DNA of 64,000 nt from the human T2T-CHM13v2.0 reference genome, Homo sapiens. The DNA lies in the NCBI RefSeq assembly GCF_009914755.1, contig NC_060941.1; one strand, given 5' to 3'. The notes under the pieces were generated by a model. That model was not told the origin of the DNA. It saw only the letters and a program-made list of their open reading frames with translations, and made no database searches. The translations under genes were made by a program, and so were the position numbers. Below, piece after piece: positions 1 through 51,259 of this stretch. Positions within the stretch are counted from its first letter, which is position 1, and every line of letters starts with the position of its first letter.

Positions 1-407
1 CCGTGCCAGGCACCCAGCAGCTCCTGAAGCCCACTGGCATTGAACATGGCATTCAATCCCTGCCAAGCCTGCCCTTCCCATCTGGTTTCCCAGGGCTCTT
101 CCCAACACCTCCTCCTCCACCTGCCAGTTAAAATCTTCCCAGACTCAGCTCAAGGAGATGCTCCTAAGGTGGAATGAAATCTCTTCTTCCCCACCTGGAG
201 ACAATCTACTTCCTCTCCCTACACCTGGCAACTGGCGCACAACCTTGTATCTTAAATTAGATTCAGCCTGAGACTGTCTCCCACCAATCCCTGCTCCCTG
301 TCCTGCTGAGCACCTTGAGGAAAGGGCTTTGGGGCTGTTTATCTTTGTCCTGGAAACCATCCTTCAACTCACTCTGGGGCCTGCCTAGCATGTCAACCGA
401 GTTTGGA

Positions 408-466
408 GAATAGGGCAGAATAGGGCAGGACAGGACAGGACAAGACAGGGCAGGATAGGATAGGAG
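408..466 (+). repeat. Purine-rich pentamer repeat (GGACA/GGATA)n
   Basis: gaatagggcagaatagggcaggacaggacaggacaagacagggcaggataggatagga. Confidence 0.6.
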
Positions 467-469
467 CGA

Positions 470-612
470 GCCAGCTCAGTAGCTCACATTTGTAATCCCA
501 GCGCCTTGGGGGGCTGCGGTAGGAGAATCGCTTTGGGAGCAGGAGTTGCAGGCCGCAGTGAGCTATGATCAGCTTGGGCGACTGAGCGAGACCCTGTCTC
601 TAAAACAAACAC
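470..612 (+). mobile_element. Old Alu monomer (FAM/FRAM-like)
   Basis: Diverged single Alu arm with A-rich tail. Confidence 0.75.
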
Positions 613-616
613 ACAA

Positions 617-1245
<629 letters not shown>

Positions 1246-2798
1246 GAGGTAGGCGGGTCATCGCGCTGGGGTCTGTAGTCTGAGCGCTACCCGGTTGCTG
1301 CTGCCCAAGGACCGCGGAGTCGGACGCAGGTAGGAGAGCGGCCGCGCAGACCTCTCGCCTGCTCCTGCCCAGGGGCCCGGCCAGGGCCATGTGAGCTTGA
1401 GGTTCCCCTGGAGTCTCAGCCGGAGACAACAGAAGAACCGCTTACTGAAACTCCTTGGGGGTTCTGATACACTAGGGGGAGTTTTATGGGAAAGAGGAAG
1501 CAGTAATTGCAGTGACGCCCCGTTAGAAGGGGCTTTCTACCTCCCCAGCATTCCCCCAAAGCAGGGACCACACCATTCTTGACCCAGCTCCACCCCTGTC
1601 GGTAGGTGCTGGCTTCTTCCCCTCTCCTGGTGGTGGTGGGTGGTTCCCGCGGCGGCCTGGAGCCGGAGGGGCGCGCGACCCTGGGCTGGGAGCTCCGAGG
1701 GCCTGGGAACGAGACCTGAGACCTTGGCTTCTCGAAGGTAGTAGGGACTTGGGAGTGGTGACTGAACCTGGTCTGGCTCCTCCTTACTTCCTCTTGTTGC
1801 GGGTGGGACGAGCTAGCTTCCGCCTCTCCCAGCCACTTTTTCCTGCTCATTTGCAGCTAGGTTGGCTCCCCTTTTGGGAATTTCCTCTCCCCTTGGCACT
1901 CGGAGTTGGGGGGTGCCACCTAGTGGAAGATAACGGAGCTAGGGTCTTGAAGAGGCTGCTGTCCCCTCTGGCTGTTTTGGCGGTGTAGGGTGGCATGAGA
2001 GACTGCGACTCGCCTCCTCATCCCTGTTTCTGTATGCGAGTGCTTGTATTCAGTAGAAGCATACACTATACTCCCTCAATTTAGGGTAAACAGGAGGGGC
2101 CACATGCACAGGTAATTCACCAGGGAGCCGAACACTCCTGTGCAGACAGACTCCCCTTCCCAGCAAGCCATGGCAGCGGACAGCCTGCTGAGAACACCCA
2201 GGAAGCAGGCGGTGCCAGCTGCAGGTGCTTTGCCTGGGAGCTGTGGGGCTGAGGAGAGGGTCCACTGTCCAGGACCAGTGAACTTCATCCTTATCTGTCC
2301 AGGAGGTGGCCTCTTGGGGATGCTGAGTTAGGGGAGGGGCACTTGAGGAAAGCCAGGTGGAGCAGAGAGGATGTGAGTGACTGGGTGGGTGAGATTTCCT
2401 GCCCCTCCCCCCGCAGTGGTATCCACACCTAGACTCGTGGGGTAACTGAGGCACAGACAGAGAGCAACTTCTCAGGCCCTCACAGTTGGCAATTCTAGGA
2501 TTAGGACCCAAGTGCGATTTTCAGGCAGTCCCTGTACCCTGTTTCTGTTGTACCTGTTGCACCATTCCCAGGCACTGCCCATCGTGCCACTAGTGATATG
2601 AACCCAGGTCCAATACGCTCTGGGGCCATCAAAGCCTGACGTCACCATGACCTGATGTGTGACGTGTTATAGGTGTCCCTTGGTATCTTCACGGAACTGG
2701 TTCCAGGACCCCAAAATCTGTGGGTGCTCAAGCCCCTGAGATAAAATGGTGTAATATTTGCATATAACCTATACATACTTTAAATCATTTCTAGATTA

Positions 2799-3136
<338 letters not shown>

Positions 3137-3236
3137 GAAATGCCATGTAAATAGTTGTGATCCTGAATTGTTTAGGGAATAATAAGAAAGAACTATCTGT
3201 AGATGTTCAGTATAGATGCACCCATCGTAAGCCTAA

Positions 3237-3578
<342 letters not shown>

Positions 3579-3665
3579 AATATATTTTGATCCCTGGTTG
3601 GATATGGAGGGCTGACTGTACTTAACATCTCTAAGCTTCAGTTTCCTCCTTTAAAATAAAGGTGT

Positions 3666-4082
3666 GGCTGGGTGTGGTGGTTCAAGCCTGTAATCCCAGC
3701 ACTTAGGGAGGCTGAGGTGGGTGGATCAGCTGAGGTCAGGAGTTCAAGACCAGCCTGACCAATATGGTGAAACCCCCTCTCTGCTAAAAATACAAAAATT
3801 AGCCAGGCGTGGTGGCGAGCGCCTGTAGTCCCAGCTACTTGCTTGAACTTGGGAGGCAGAGGTTGCAGTGAGCTGAGATCGTGCCACTGAACTCGAGCAT
3901 GGGCAACAGAGCAAGACTGTCTCAAAAAAAAAAAAAAAAAGGGGTGAGCAGACGTGGTGGCACGCTCCCACAGTCCCAGCTACTTAGTAGGAGGCCAAGG
4001 TTGGAGGATTGCTTGATCCCAGGAGTCTGAGTCCAGCCTGGGCAACATGGCAATACCTCATCTCTAAAAATAAAATAAAAGT
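3666..4082 (+). mobile_element. Alu (internally deleted) followed by an Alu monomer
   Basis: Alu 3666-3940, monomer 3945-4082. Confidence 0.88.
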
Positions 4083-5120
4083 AAAGGTATTAATTACTAC
4101 TTTGGATGGTTGTTGCAAAGAAATATATATAAAATAATGGAGAGTCTTGTAACTGGCTCCCAAGAGGCTCAACAGACATTACTGTTTTTGCTTCTTCATT
4201 ATGAGTTACCTCTCTGGCCACCCCACTGAACTAGCTGGGCTAGCTGAGCCTGGGAGAAGAGTTGTTTAGGAAGTGAGAGGCTGCTCTCCACAGAGACTCA
4301 AGGCTCAGTTCCTCCTGGTGACTCAGATGGGCAGCCCAGTGGGCACACGTGGTCTCTCTCCACATGTGGCTGAGTTTCACTTCCAGAATAGATGGAGAGG
4401 CAAGGGCAGGGTTTAGCATGCTTGAGGAATCTCAGAGGGCCCTGGTGGTGTGGGGGACCCTCAGAACACAGGTGTCTCAAGGGCTGACCCAGCTTCTGTG
4501 TCCTTTTCTCTGGGTGAGGAGGGGACATTCATGGGCAGATGGTGACCTCTGGGGAAGGCAGCCCAGACTCCACTGGCCACCATATTTCCTTTTTCACAAC
4601 TTTCTCACCCCTGTGGTTTCCCATGTCATCATGTGGCCGCTTCCCGCAAGGCCTTAGCGGGGTGCAGGTATGAACATAGTGTCAGGCAAGGAGGCATCTG
4701 GAGGGGAACCCTGGCTTTTCCTGGGGGGACTCCCTCCCTGCACCCTAGCCCTGTCCTCTCCCATGGCTACTGATGCCTTCCCCTCACCCCAGAGGTGGCC
4801 CACATCTGCACAGATCAGACCCACAAAAATCACGTCTTCCTGACTCTCATAAGCCTGCCCAGTGAGGCCCAGGCATTAGGCCATGTGCTGGGGACTCAGA
4901 CCCACACATATACGCATGTCAGCATTCATGCTTACAGGTCCGCACATGCTGGGGCAAGTGTCACACACGGGGCGCTGTAGGAAGCTGACTCTCAGCCCCT
5001 GCAGATTTCTGCCTGCCTGGACAGGGAGGTGTTGAGAAGGCTCAGGCAGTCCTGGGCCAGGACCTTGGCCTGGGGCTAGGGTACTGAGTGACCCTAGAAT
5101 CAAGGGTGGCGTGGGCTTAA

Positions 5121-8797
<3,677 letters not shown>

Positions 8798-9081
8798 GGG
8801 ACAGTACTGAAGACTCTGCAGCCCTCGGGACCCCACTCGGAGGGTGCCCTCTGCTCAGGCCTCCCTAGCACCTCTCCCTAACCAAATTCTCCCTGGACCC
8901 CATTCTGAGCTCCCCATCACCATGGGAGGTGGGGCCTCAATCTAAGGCCTTCCCTGTCAGAAGGGGGTTGTGGCAAAAGCCACATTACAAGCTGCCATCC
9001 CCTCCCCGTTTCAGTGGACCCTGTGGCCAGGTGCTTTTCCCTATCCACAGGGGTGTTTGTGTGTGTGCGCGTGTGCGTTTC

Positions 9082-9087
9082 AATAAA
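9082..9087 (+). terminator. GRN: GRN polyadenylation signal
   Basis: AATAAA 285 nt after the stop codon, followed by a GT-rich downstream element. Confidence 0.9.
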
Positions 9088-9227
9088 GTTTGTACACTTT
9101 CTTAACAGTGTCTGATTTGCCGCCCTGCCTGCCCTCCCCAGGGCCCCAGAACAGGGGTTCACGTCCACTGCCAACACTCCCCTCCCCTACCCCACAGAAA
9201 GACATACACAGCCTTAACCTCACCAGT

Positions 9228-9236
9228 TTTATATTT
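9228..9236 (-). terminator. FAM171A2: Probable non-canonical FAM171A2 poly(A) signal (TATAAA/AATATA)
   Basis: Minus strand AAATATAAAA; no canonical AATAAA seen on the minus strand between the FAM171A2 stop and the GRN 3' end. Confidence 0.55.
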
Positions 9237-9599
9237 GCTGCTGCCCACATCGGCTGTATCACATTACCCCCTAGTCCCCAGAGCTGTCCCAGCCACCAGC
9301 CCTGTGACATCGTAGCCCAGAGATGGGCTAGTCAGCAAGCAGCACCCCCTCCCCTCCCAGGGGTCCACAAAGAACGCCCCCTCCCTTCCCAGCCCTCACA
9401 CTAGCAGCTGAGGCTGGGTCACCCCTCCTGCTTTCCCACAATAGAGCTTTCTATGTACAGCCACGTCTACACAGGCACTGCTTCCCCCCAGCCCTCCTCC
9501 CCGGCACCTCCCCGTGGGGGTCTGGACCCCCCCTCCTCCCCGGCTTGGAGGCAGACACAGGGTCCCTTGCAAGACACGACCCAGCACCAACCACGGAAC

Positions 9600-20060
<10,461 letters not shown>

Positions 20061-20315
20061 CCATCACCCGGGTTCTTGGGTTTCGAGAGTCCCCAAAATT
20101 TGGTGCAAAATTTGTGTGTGTGTAGGTGGGGAGTGGATATTGCCTACAACACTCTCAAGGGGTACGGTCATGAAAGTCTCAGAAAACTGTAAGAACTCCC
20201 TGCTCGATGGCCCCCTTCTCCCGGTAGAACACCTAGGCAGTGCTGGGGTGATAGCAGGGAAGGCCCCCTAGACCCCCCTAAGTCTCTCTTTTTTTTTTTT
20301 TTTTTTTGAGACAGA

Positions 20316-21810
<1,495 letters not shown>

Positions 21811-22091
21811 AGACAGAGTCTTTTGCTGTTGCCCAGGCTGGAGTGCAATGATGCAATCTCGGCTCACTGCAACCTCTGCCTCTTGAGTTCAAGAGATTCT
21901 TGTGCCTCAGCCTCCTGAGTAGCTGGAATTACAGATGCCTGTCACCATGCCCGGCTAATTTTTGTATTTTTAGTAGAGATGGGGTTTCACCATGTTGGCC
22001 AGGCTGGTCTTGAACTTGTGACCTCAGGTGATCCACCCGCCTCAGCCTCCCAAATTGCTGGGATTACAGGTGTGAGCCACCGTGCCTAGCC
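21811..22091 (-). mobile_element. Alu body whose tail (20289-20315) was displaced by the pseudogene
   Basis: TSD CTAAGTCTCT at 20278-20287 and 22092-22101. Confidence 0.9.
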
Positions 22092-22779
22092 CTAAGTCTC
22101 TTATTAAGCCATTGGCAAGATATTCAGCCTTCTGGTCTTCAGTCTTCCTTTAAAATGGGAGTTGTCATAATCTCTACCTCATAGGGTTGCTGTAACAACT
22201 AAATGAGATGTAATGGCCAAATAATGATGTCAAAAGAGTCTAGCACAAGCCTCACAGGAGCAGGGGCGTAATAAATGCTGTTACTGTTGGCCCAGGGTGA
22301 GGTAGGGACTCACCTGTGCCCAGGTAATATGATCCATTGCTGGGCAGTGCTAATGGCTAAGGAGTGTTTCCAGGGCTGGCAGCAGCCTTTCTCTTCCACC
22401 AGTTGGTGATTCTCAGTGGTCTTGGTTCTGGCTTTGTGAACGATAAACTGGGTCTCTCCTTTGTCCTCAGCCATTGAATCCCATATTTGAGGACAGCTAT
22501 TGGCTTGCCCTAGTCCCAGCCAAGCTCTCTTTCCTTCCAGTTCAATATTTCTGGTTGTCATCATCAATCAGTTTCCACCTGGCCAAATCCTTAACTGGTA
22601 TCTCTTCCCTGGTTCTCTCTGGTTTGTCACCTTCTCTTTCTCACTGTATGGTGGCCAAGAGGGGACTGGATACCTAAGGCAAGGACCCCATTTCCCAGAG
22701 AACAGCAACCCTCCTGGTTGGGTCTTCTGATTTAAGGGGACATCATTATAAGCTTGTGGACAGAATGAAAACTGCCAGT

Positions 22780-23157
<378 letters not shown>

Positions 23158-24109
23158 TCTCTCTGTTTTCAACAGAAATTTCCATCTCACCAGATTTCCC
23201 AGTGCTATTCTTATGTAACCAGTTTTTTGGAACCTCAACACAAGACTTAGCACTCATCCCTGGTGAATTTCATCTTGTTGGTTTCCACCCAACTTTACAA
23301 TCTGTCAAGGCTGCTTTGAATCTGCTTCAGTCACCCATTGTGTTGGAGCTCCCTCCCAGCCAGCAGCCATCTGCAGGGTGAAGATGGCTTCCTCTACCTC
23401 CATTCAAGGGACTCATAACAATGCCAGGCAGCCCAGGGCCAGGATGGAGCTTCATAGAGATCTCCTTCAGCTTTATCAGAATTGTTCAGGTCTAAATCCG
23501 AGTCCCTAGGATCCAGCTCACATTTACGTCTTGTCTATAAGGACAAATGCCAAATGCTTTGCTGGATCAAGATAAGTTGTCTGGAGCCATCCAATCGCAA
23601 TGACAGAAGGAGGAGGCAATTTGGCTGGTATTCAAGGATCACGGCTTAATCTTTTCTTAAATGCATTCAGTCACCCAAATAGAAACCTGTTCCGAAACTT
23701 GCCATGCATGGATGTCAAAATATTCTCTTCAGAATTTACTATTTACACCTTTGGGTAGAATCAAATACCAACAGCTCTTGCTGTTGTATTGTTCATCAAT
23801 GGCTTCCCCCAACACTTGGCGTCAAGTCCAAAGTCCTCCCCATGGCCACGGGGTGTTCCTGCCCCCATCCCCCATCTCCTGAACCCTCACCCACACCTGC
23901 CTCCAGCCACATGGGCCTCCTTGCTTTTTTTGAACACACTAAGCCAGCTCCTACCTCAGGGCCTTTTCACTGGCTGCTCTTTCTTTCCAGAACATTTTAT
24001 CTTCATGTAGCTGCATGGCTCAGTCATTCATCTCCCTGCTTATCTCATCAAAGAGGCCTTCCCTGACCACCCTACCTAAAATGTTAGTAGCACCCCTCCA
24101 AACACCCAC

Positions 24110-24445
<336 letters not shown>

Positions 24446-24630
24446 CACCCACATACAATCTATCACTCTCTCGTCACCGTTATTTTCACTCACAGCACTG
24501 ACTGCTACTAACCATACATTTATTTGTTTACTTTACTTTTTACCTCTGGAATGTAAGTTCCAGGAGGGCAGGGACGTTGCTTTGTTCACTGCTGCATCTC
24601 AGCACTGGAATAGTGCCAGGCATGTGGTAG

Positions 24631-26199
24631 TGAGAGGTGACACTGTGCTGGCAGTCCTCACAGCCCTCGCTCGCTCTCGGGGACTCCTCTGCCTGGGCTC
24701 CCACTTTGGCGGCACTTGAGAAGCCCTTCAGCCCACCGCTGCACTGTGGGAGCCCCTTTCTGGGCTGGCCAAGACCGGAGCCAGCTCCCTTAGCTTGCAG
24801 GGAGGTGTGGAGGGAGAGGCCCAAGCGGGAACCCGGGCTGCGCTCGCTGCTTGCGGGCCAGCTGGAGTTCCGGGTGGGCGTGGGCTTGGCGGGCCCCGCA
24901 CTCGGAGCAGCCAGCCGGCCCTGCCGGCCCCGGGCAATGAGGGGCTTAGCACCCGGGCCAGCGGCTGCAGAGGGCGTACTGGGTCCCCCAGCAGTGCCAG
25001 CCCACCACTGGGCCTTAGCTGCCTTCCTGCAGGGCAGGGCTCGGGACCTGCAGCCCGCCATGCGTGAGCCTCCCACCCACTCCATGGGCTCCTGTGCGGC
25101 CCGAGCCTCCCGGATGAGCGGCGCCCCCTGCTCCACGGCGCCCAGTCCCATCAACCACCCAAGGGCTGAGGAGTGTGGGCGCACGGTGCGGGACTGGCAC
25201 GTAGCTCCACCTGCAGCCCCTGTGCGGGATCCACTGGGTGAAGCCAGCTGGGTTCCTGAGTCTGGTGGGGCCTTGGAGAACCTTTATATCTAGCTCAGGG
25301 ATTGTAAATACACCAATCGGCACTCTATCTAGCTCGAGGTTTGTAAACACACCAATCAGCACCCTGTGTCTAGCTCAGGGTTTGTGAGTGCACCAATCAA
25401 CACTCTGTATCTAGCTGCTCTGGTGGGGCCTTGGAGAACCTTCATGTCTAGCTCAGGGATTGTAAATACACAAATCGGCACTCTGTATCTAGCTCAAGGT
25501 TTGTAAACACACCAGTCAGCACCCTGTGTCTAGCTCAGGGTTTGTGAGTGCACCAACCGACACTCTGTATCTAGCTGCACTGGTGGGGCCTTGGAGAACC
25601 TTTGTGTCTACACTCTGTATCTAACTAACCTGATGGGGACGAGGAGAACCTTTGTGTCTAGCTCAGGGATTGTAAACACACCAATCAGCGCCCTGTCAAA
25701 ACAGGCCACTAGGCTCTACCACTCAGCAGGATGTGGGTGGGGCCAGATAAGAGAATAAAAGCTGGCTGCCCGAGCCAACAGCGGTAACCCGCTGGGGTCC
25801 CGTTCCACACCGTAAGAGCTTTGTTCTTTTGCTCTTTGCAATAAATCTTGCTACTGCTCACTCTTTGGGTCCACACTGCTTTTATGAGCTGTAACACTCA
25901 CCGCGAAGGTCTGCAGCTTCACTCCTGAAGCCAATGAGACCACGAGCCCACCGGGAGGAACGAACAACTCCAGACGCGCTGCCTTAAGAGCTGTAACACT
26001 CACCGGGAAGGTCTGCAGCTTCACTCCTGAGCCAGCGAGACCACGAACCCACCAGAAGGAAGAAACTCCGAACGCATCTGAACATCAGAAGGAACAAACT
26101 CCGGACACGCCGGCTTTAAGAACTGTAACACTCACCGCGAGGGTCCGCGGCTTCCTTCTTGAAGTCACTGAGACCAAGAACCCACCAATTCTGGACACA
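24631..26199 (+). mobile_element. Solo LTR12C (HERV9/ERV9 LTR)
   Basis: Begins TGAGAGGTGACA..GTGCTGGCAGTCCTCACAGCCCTCGCTCG and ends CCAATTCTGGACACA; 1569 bp; 4-bp TSD GTAG (24627-24630 / 26200-26203); ~40-bp CCAAT-containing U3 repeats 25260-25700 and ~80-bp U5 repeats 25889-26160. Confidence 0.95.
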
Positions 26200-26229
26200 G
26201 TAGGTGCTCCGTGATTATTTATTTTTATT

Positions 26230-26863
<634 letters not shown>

Positions 26864-27249
26864 AATAAATATTTATTGAACCCAGGAAGGAACAAATCCC
26901 TCAGGACTCCAGGGAGACCTCCCCACATATGCTGCTCAGCTCTACTCACCAAAGCTGGAGAGCTGTCTTCCATCCTCATCTTTCCTGGCTGAAGGCCCCT
27001 CTTGGTGGGGAGGAAGGGACAGCAGCAGGGTAGCCAGGGAGCGATGCTTGCTGTCTCCTCCCTGGCATGACGCTGCCTTCCTCAGGCAACAGCTGAGCCA
27101 GCCTTCCTCTGCCCCTTCTCGCTCCAAACAGCTTTAAAGTCCTTTTTTGATAGGAAGGCAGGGAGAGCGTGTTATTTTTCCACGCCTCAGGTCATTGTAA
27201 AGTTTACCCTTCCGAAATCATAACAAATGTGCTATTTAAAGCTGCCGTA

Positions 27250-27641
<392 letters not shown>

Positions 27642-27655
27642 TCATCCGCTTCTAG

Positions 27656-27985
<330 letters not shown>

Positions 27986-28186
27986 CTCCGTCTTCTGTTA
28001 CACCTACCACCCCAACTCTGTACTCCCTGACACTCCCCAAAGACAGTGATTTGCAAACTTCGCCCTGGCAGTGACTCTCTCGTTCATACTTCCACCAGCC
28101 CTAGGTCCCCGTCCAAAACATTCCTTCGGTCATCTCTTCTCTGGCCCCAAAAGGAGGCAGCATGCTCAGCATCAGGGCTCAGTCTC

Positions 28187-28192
28187 TTTATT
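28187..28192 (-). terminator. ITGA2B: ITGA2B polyadenylation signal
   Basis: AATAAA on the minus strand ~165 nt after the stop. Confidence 0.9.
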
Positions 28193-28354
28193 AGGCAGCA
28201 GGAGGGGGGGTAGCCCAGCTCTGTTGGGAGGGAAACGACACCAAGAGGACCCAATGGAACAGCTCCAACCCAAAGCTTGGAGGCAACTTGTTGGAGAAGG
28301 GGCGGTGCAGGTAGCACGCCCAACCCTCCTGCTAGAATAGTGTAGGCTGCACCA

Positions 28355-46010
<17,656 letters not shown>

Positions 46011-47113
46011 GACCTTGGGCGGCCTCAACCAGCCATATTGGTGCAGCAGCTTCCTCACTCCTCCTCCGTCTTGAGCCAAGCTTTAGTGTGGCCACAGCAG
46101 TGCAGTCAGTGCTGGGGACAGGGTGGTGAATGGACCTTGGTCTAGGTGGCAAGGAGATTGGGGATAAAGTGGAGTTATTCCAGGGAATTTTGACTCACAG
46201 TTTCTGAGATTATGCATTAGCTGTTCAGTTGAAGGTAGGCCCTCAATCCTTTCTGGGTGATGGAGCTCTTTAACCATTAAGACTTGATTCTGGTTGGGGG
46301 CTTTGCCTAGGGGAGCCTTCCCTGACTCCTCAGGCTGGCCGCGTGGGCTAACACACGTAGGCACAGCATTGAGCACACTGTTTACTCTTGGTCCGTTCAC
46401 AGGATTGTGTAAATGAGTCCCTTGGGAGCAAGGCTCCTTGCTACAGCCCTAGAGACTACCCAAGAGTCCAATGTGTAGTACGTGTATTGCTGAAAGACTG
46501 GATGGAAACACACACTAAGGATGGAAGATGCAAACATAGGGTGACAAAGTGAAGGGATGAGTTTTGAGCAGAAAGGCAAAGTCATTTTCTCTCGGTAAGC
46601 GGAAGAGGAGGAGTGCCAAGTCTTACTGGCACTCATGCCTTCCCAAAAAAGCAGGTTCTCAGGAAGATTTAAGAGGTCCGCTAGGGGTAACCATAGCCAC
46701 ATTTTCCTTTTGATTTCTATTTTCTGATCAAACTTAACCATTGCCGTATCCTGCTCAACCACCCTGTACCATTTTGAAGTCCCCTCGTAATTTACTACCT
46801 CAGCCTAGAGTTAAGAATCTTATCCTTTATAGGACAGGAAGCTAAAAGCCTGAACTTTGGTCTGGGCCTTCTTCATTGCTGAGTTCCCAGTGTCAAGTAC
46901 ATGGGAGGCGTGTAATTAATGTATTTGCTTGAACGAATACTTAACCCAGTCCTCTACTTACCTTCTATCCTCCCACTGTCCTCAGGTGAGTGATTGCTGT
47001 ATTACTGGTGTATTCTGTGAGGCCAAATATGAACTTACATTTCACTCAAGTTTTCAATAAGTATTTACTCTGTTCAAGGCACTGTGTTGATAAAGGATAC
47101 AAAGATAACCATT

Positions 47114-50398
<3,285 letters not shown>

Positions 50399-51259
50399 AG
50401 GTCTAATGTCATTTCTTTCTGGGTAAGGATCTTTGCTATTTTAGGAATATAGGCAGATCTGAGTACTCAACCCCAGGTTCAAGTTGAACAGCTCCTCTTT
50501 AATCAAAGGGAGAACACAGATGTATCAAACAGAGTAGGAAAGAAATGTATCAAAAGACAGTAGGAAAGAAAGCCTTTCCTTCTTGAAAGGCTGAGGTTGA
50601 GAGGGAAAGCTAATTTATCACTACAACTCTATGGTAGCTTTCCATGCTAAATTTTCCCTGCCTCTTTTGTGATTTTTTGATATGGAAGAGTAGGGGTTAT
50701 ATCTTCTCTGTAACAATTAGGCCATATTTCCTTATACCAAGTAGAGGTGCTCAAACACTGTAGTGGTATTAAAGGGCTGAGGAGAGTAACTGAAGACTGG
50801 CATACAGAACTCCACCTGGAGGACAAAAGTCCGGCAGATGATTCTTGTCATCTCAGTGCCCTTAAAGTAGTCCAAAATCCTAAAATTCAAAGCCAGAAAT
50901 TCCACACCCATTTAGTAAGCACCTATATATACACCATATATTCTACTACACACAGATTATATATCTAAAATGGAAGGAAATCTTTCCTCTTGTGGGAAAG
51001 AGGAAGTGGAAAGGAGGTGTACATCCCAATACATCTACCTACAACTGAGAGAAATTAACTACTATTACCACCTCCCACACCATCATCTTTCCTCTCTCTT
51101 TGCGTAGCCTGAGCTTTCAGAAGCACAACTGCAAACATCTCTAACTGGTTCACAGGAATCTATTCCTTGGTCATGTCAAACAAGATGTTATTTATAACCC
51201 ACACCTCCAACCCTACCTAACTTTGAGTGGATGGGGCAACAATTACGACAGACTCTGCT

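Noticed and set aside
24540-25362. ~215-aa ORFs on both strands
   Set aside because: Lie within GC-rich LTR12C U3; no gag/pol/env present, so this is a solo LTR
25260-26160. Regularly spaced repeats resembling a CRISPR array
   Set aside because: Standard ERV9 LTR U3/U5 tandem repeats with no unique spacers; human DNA with no cas genes
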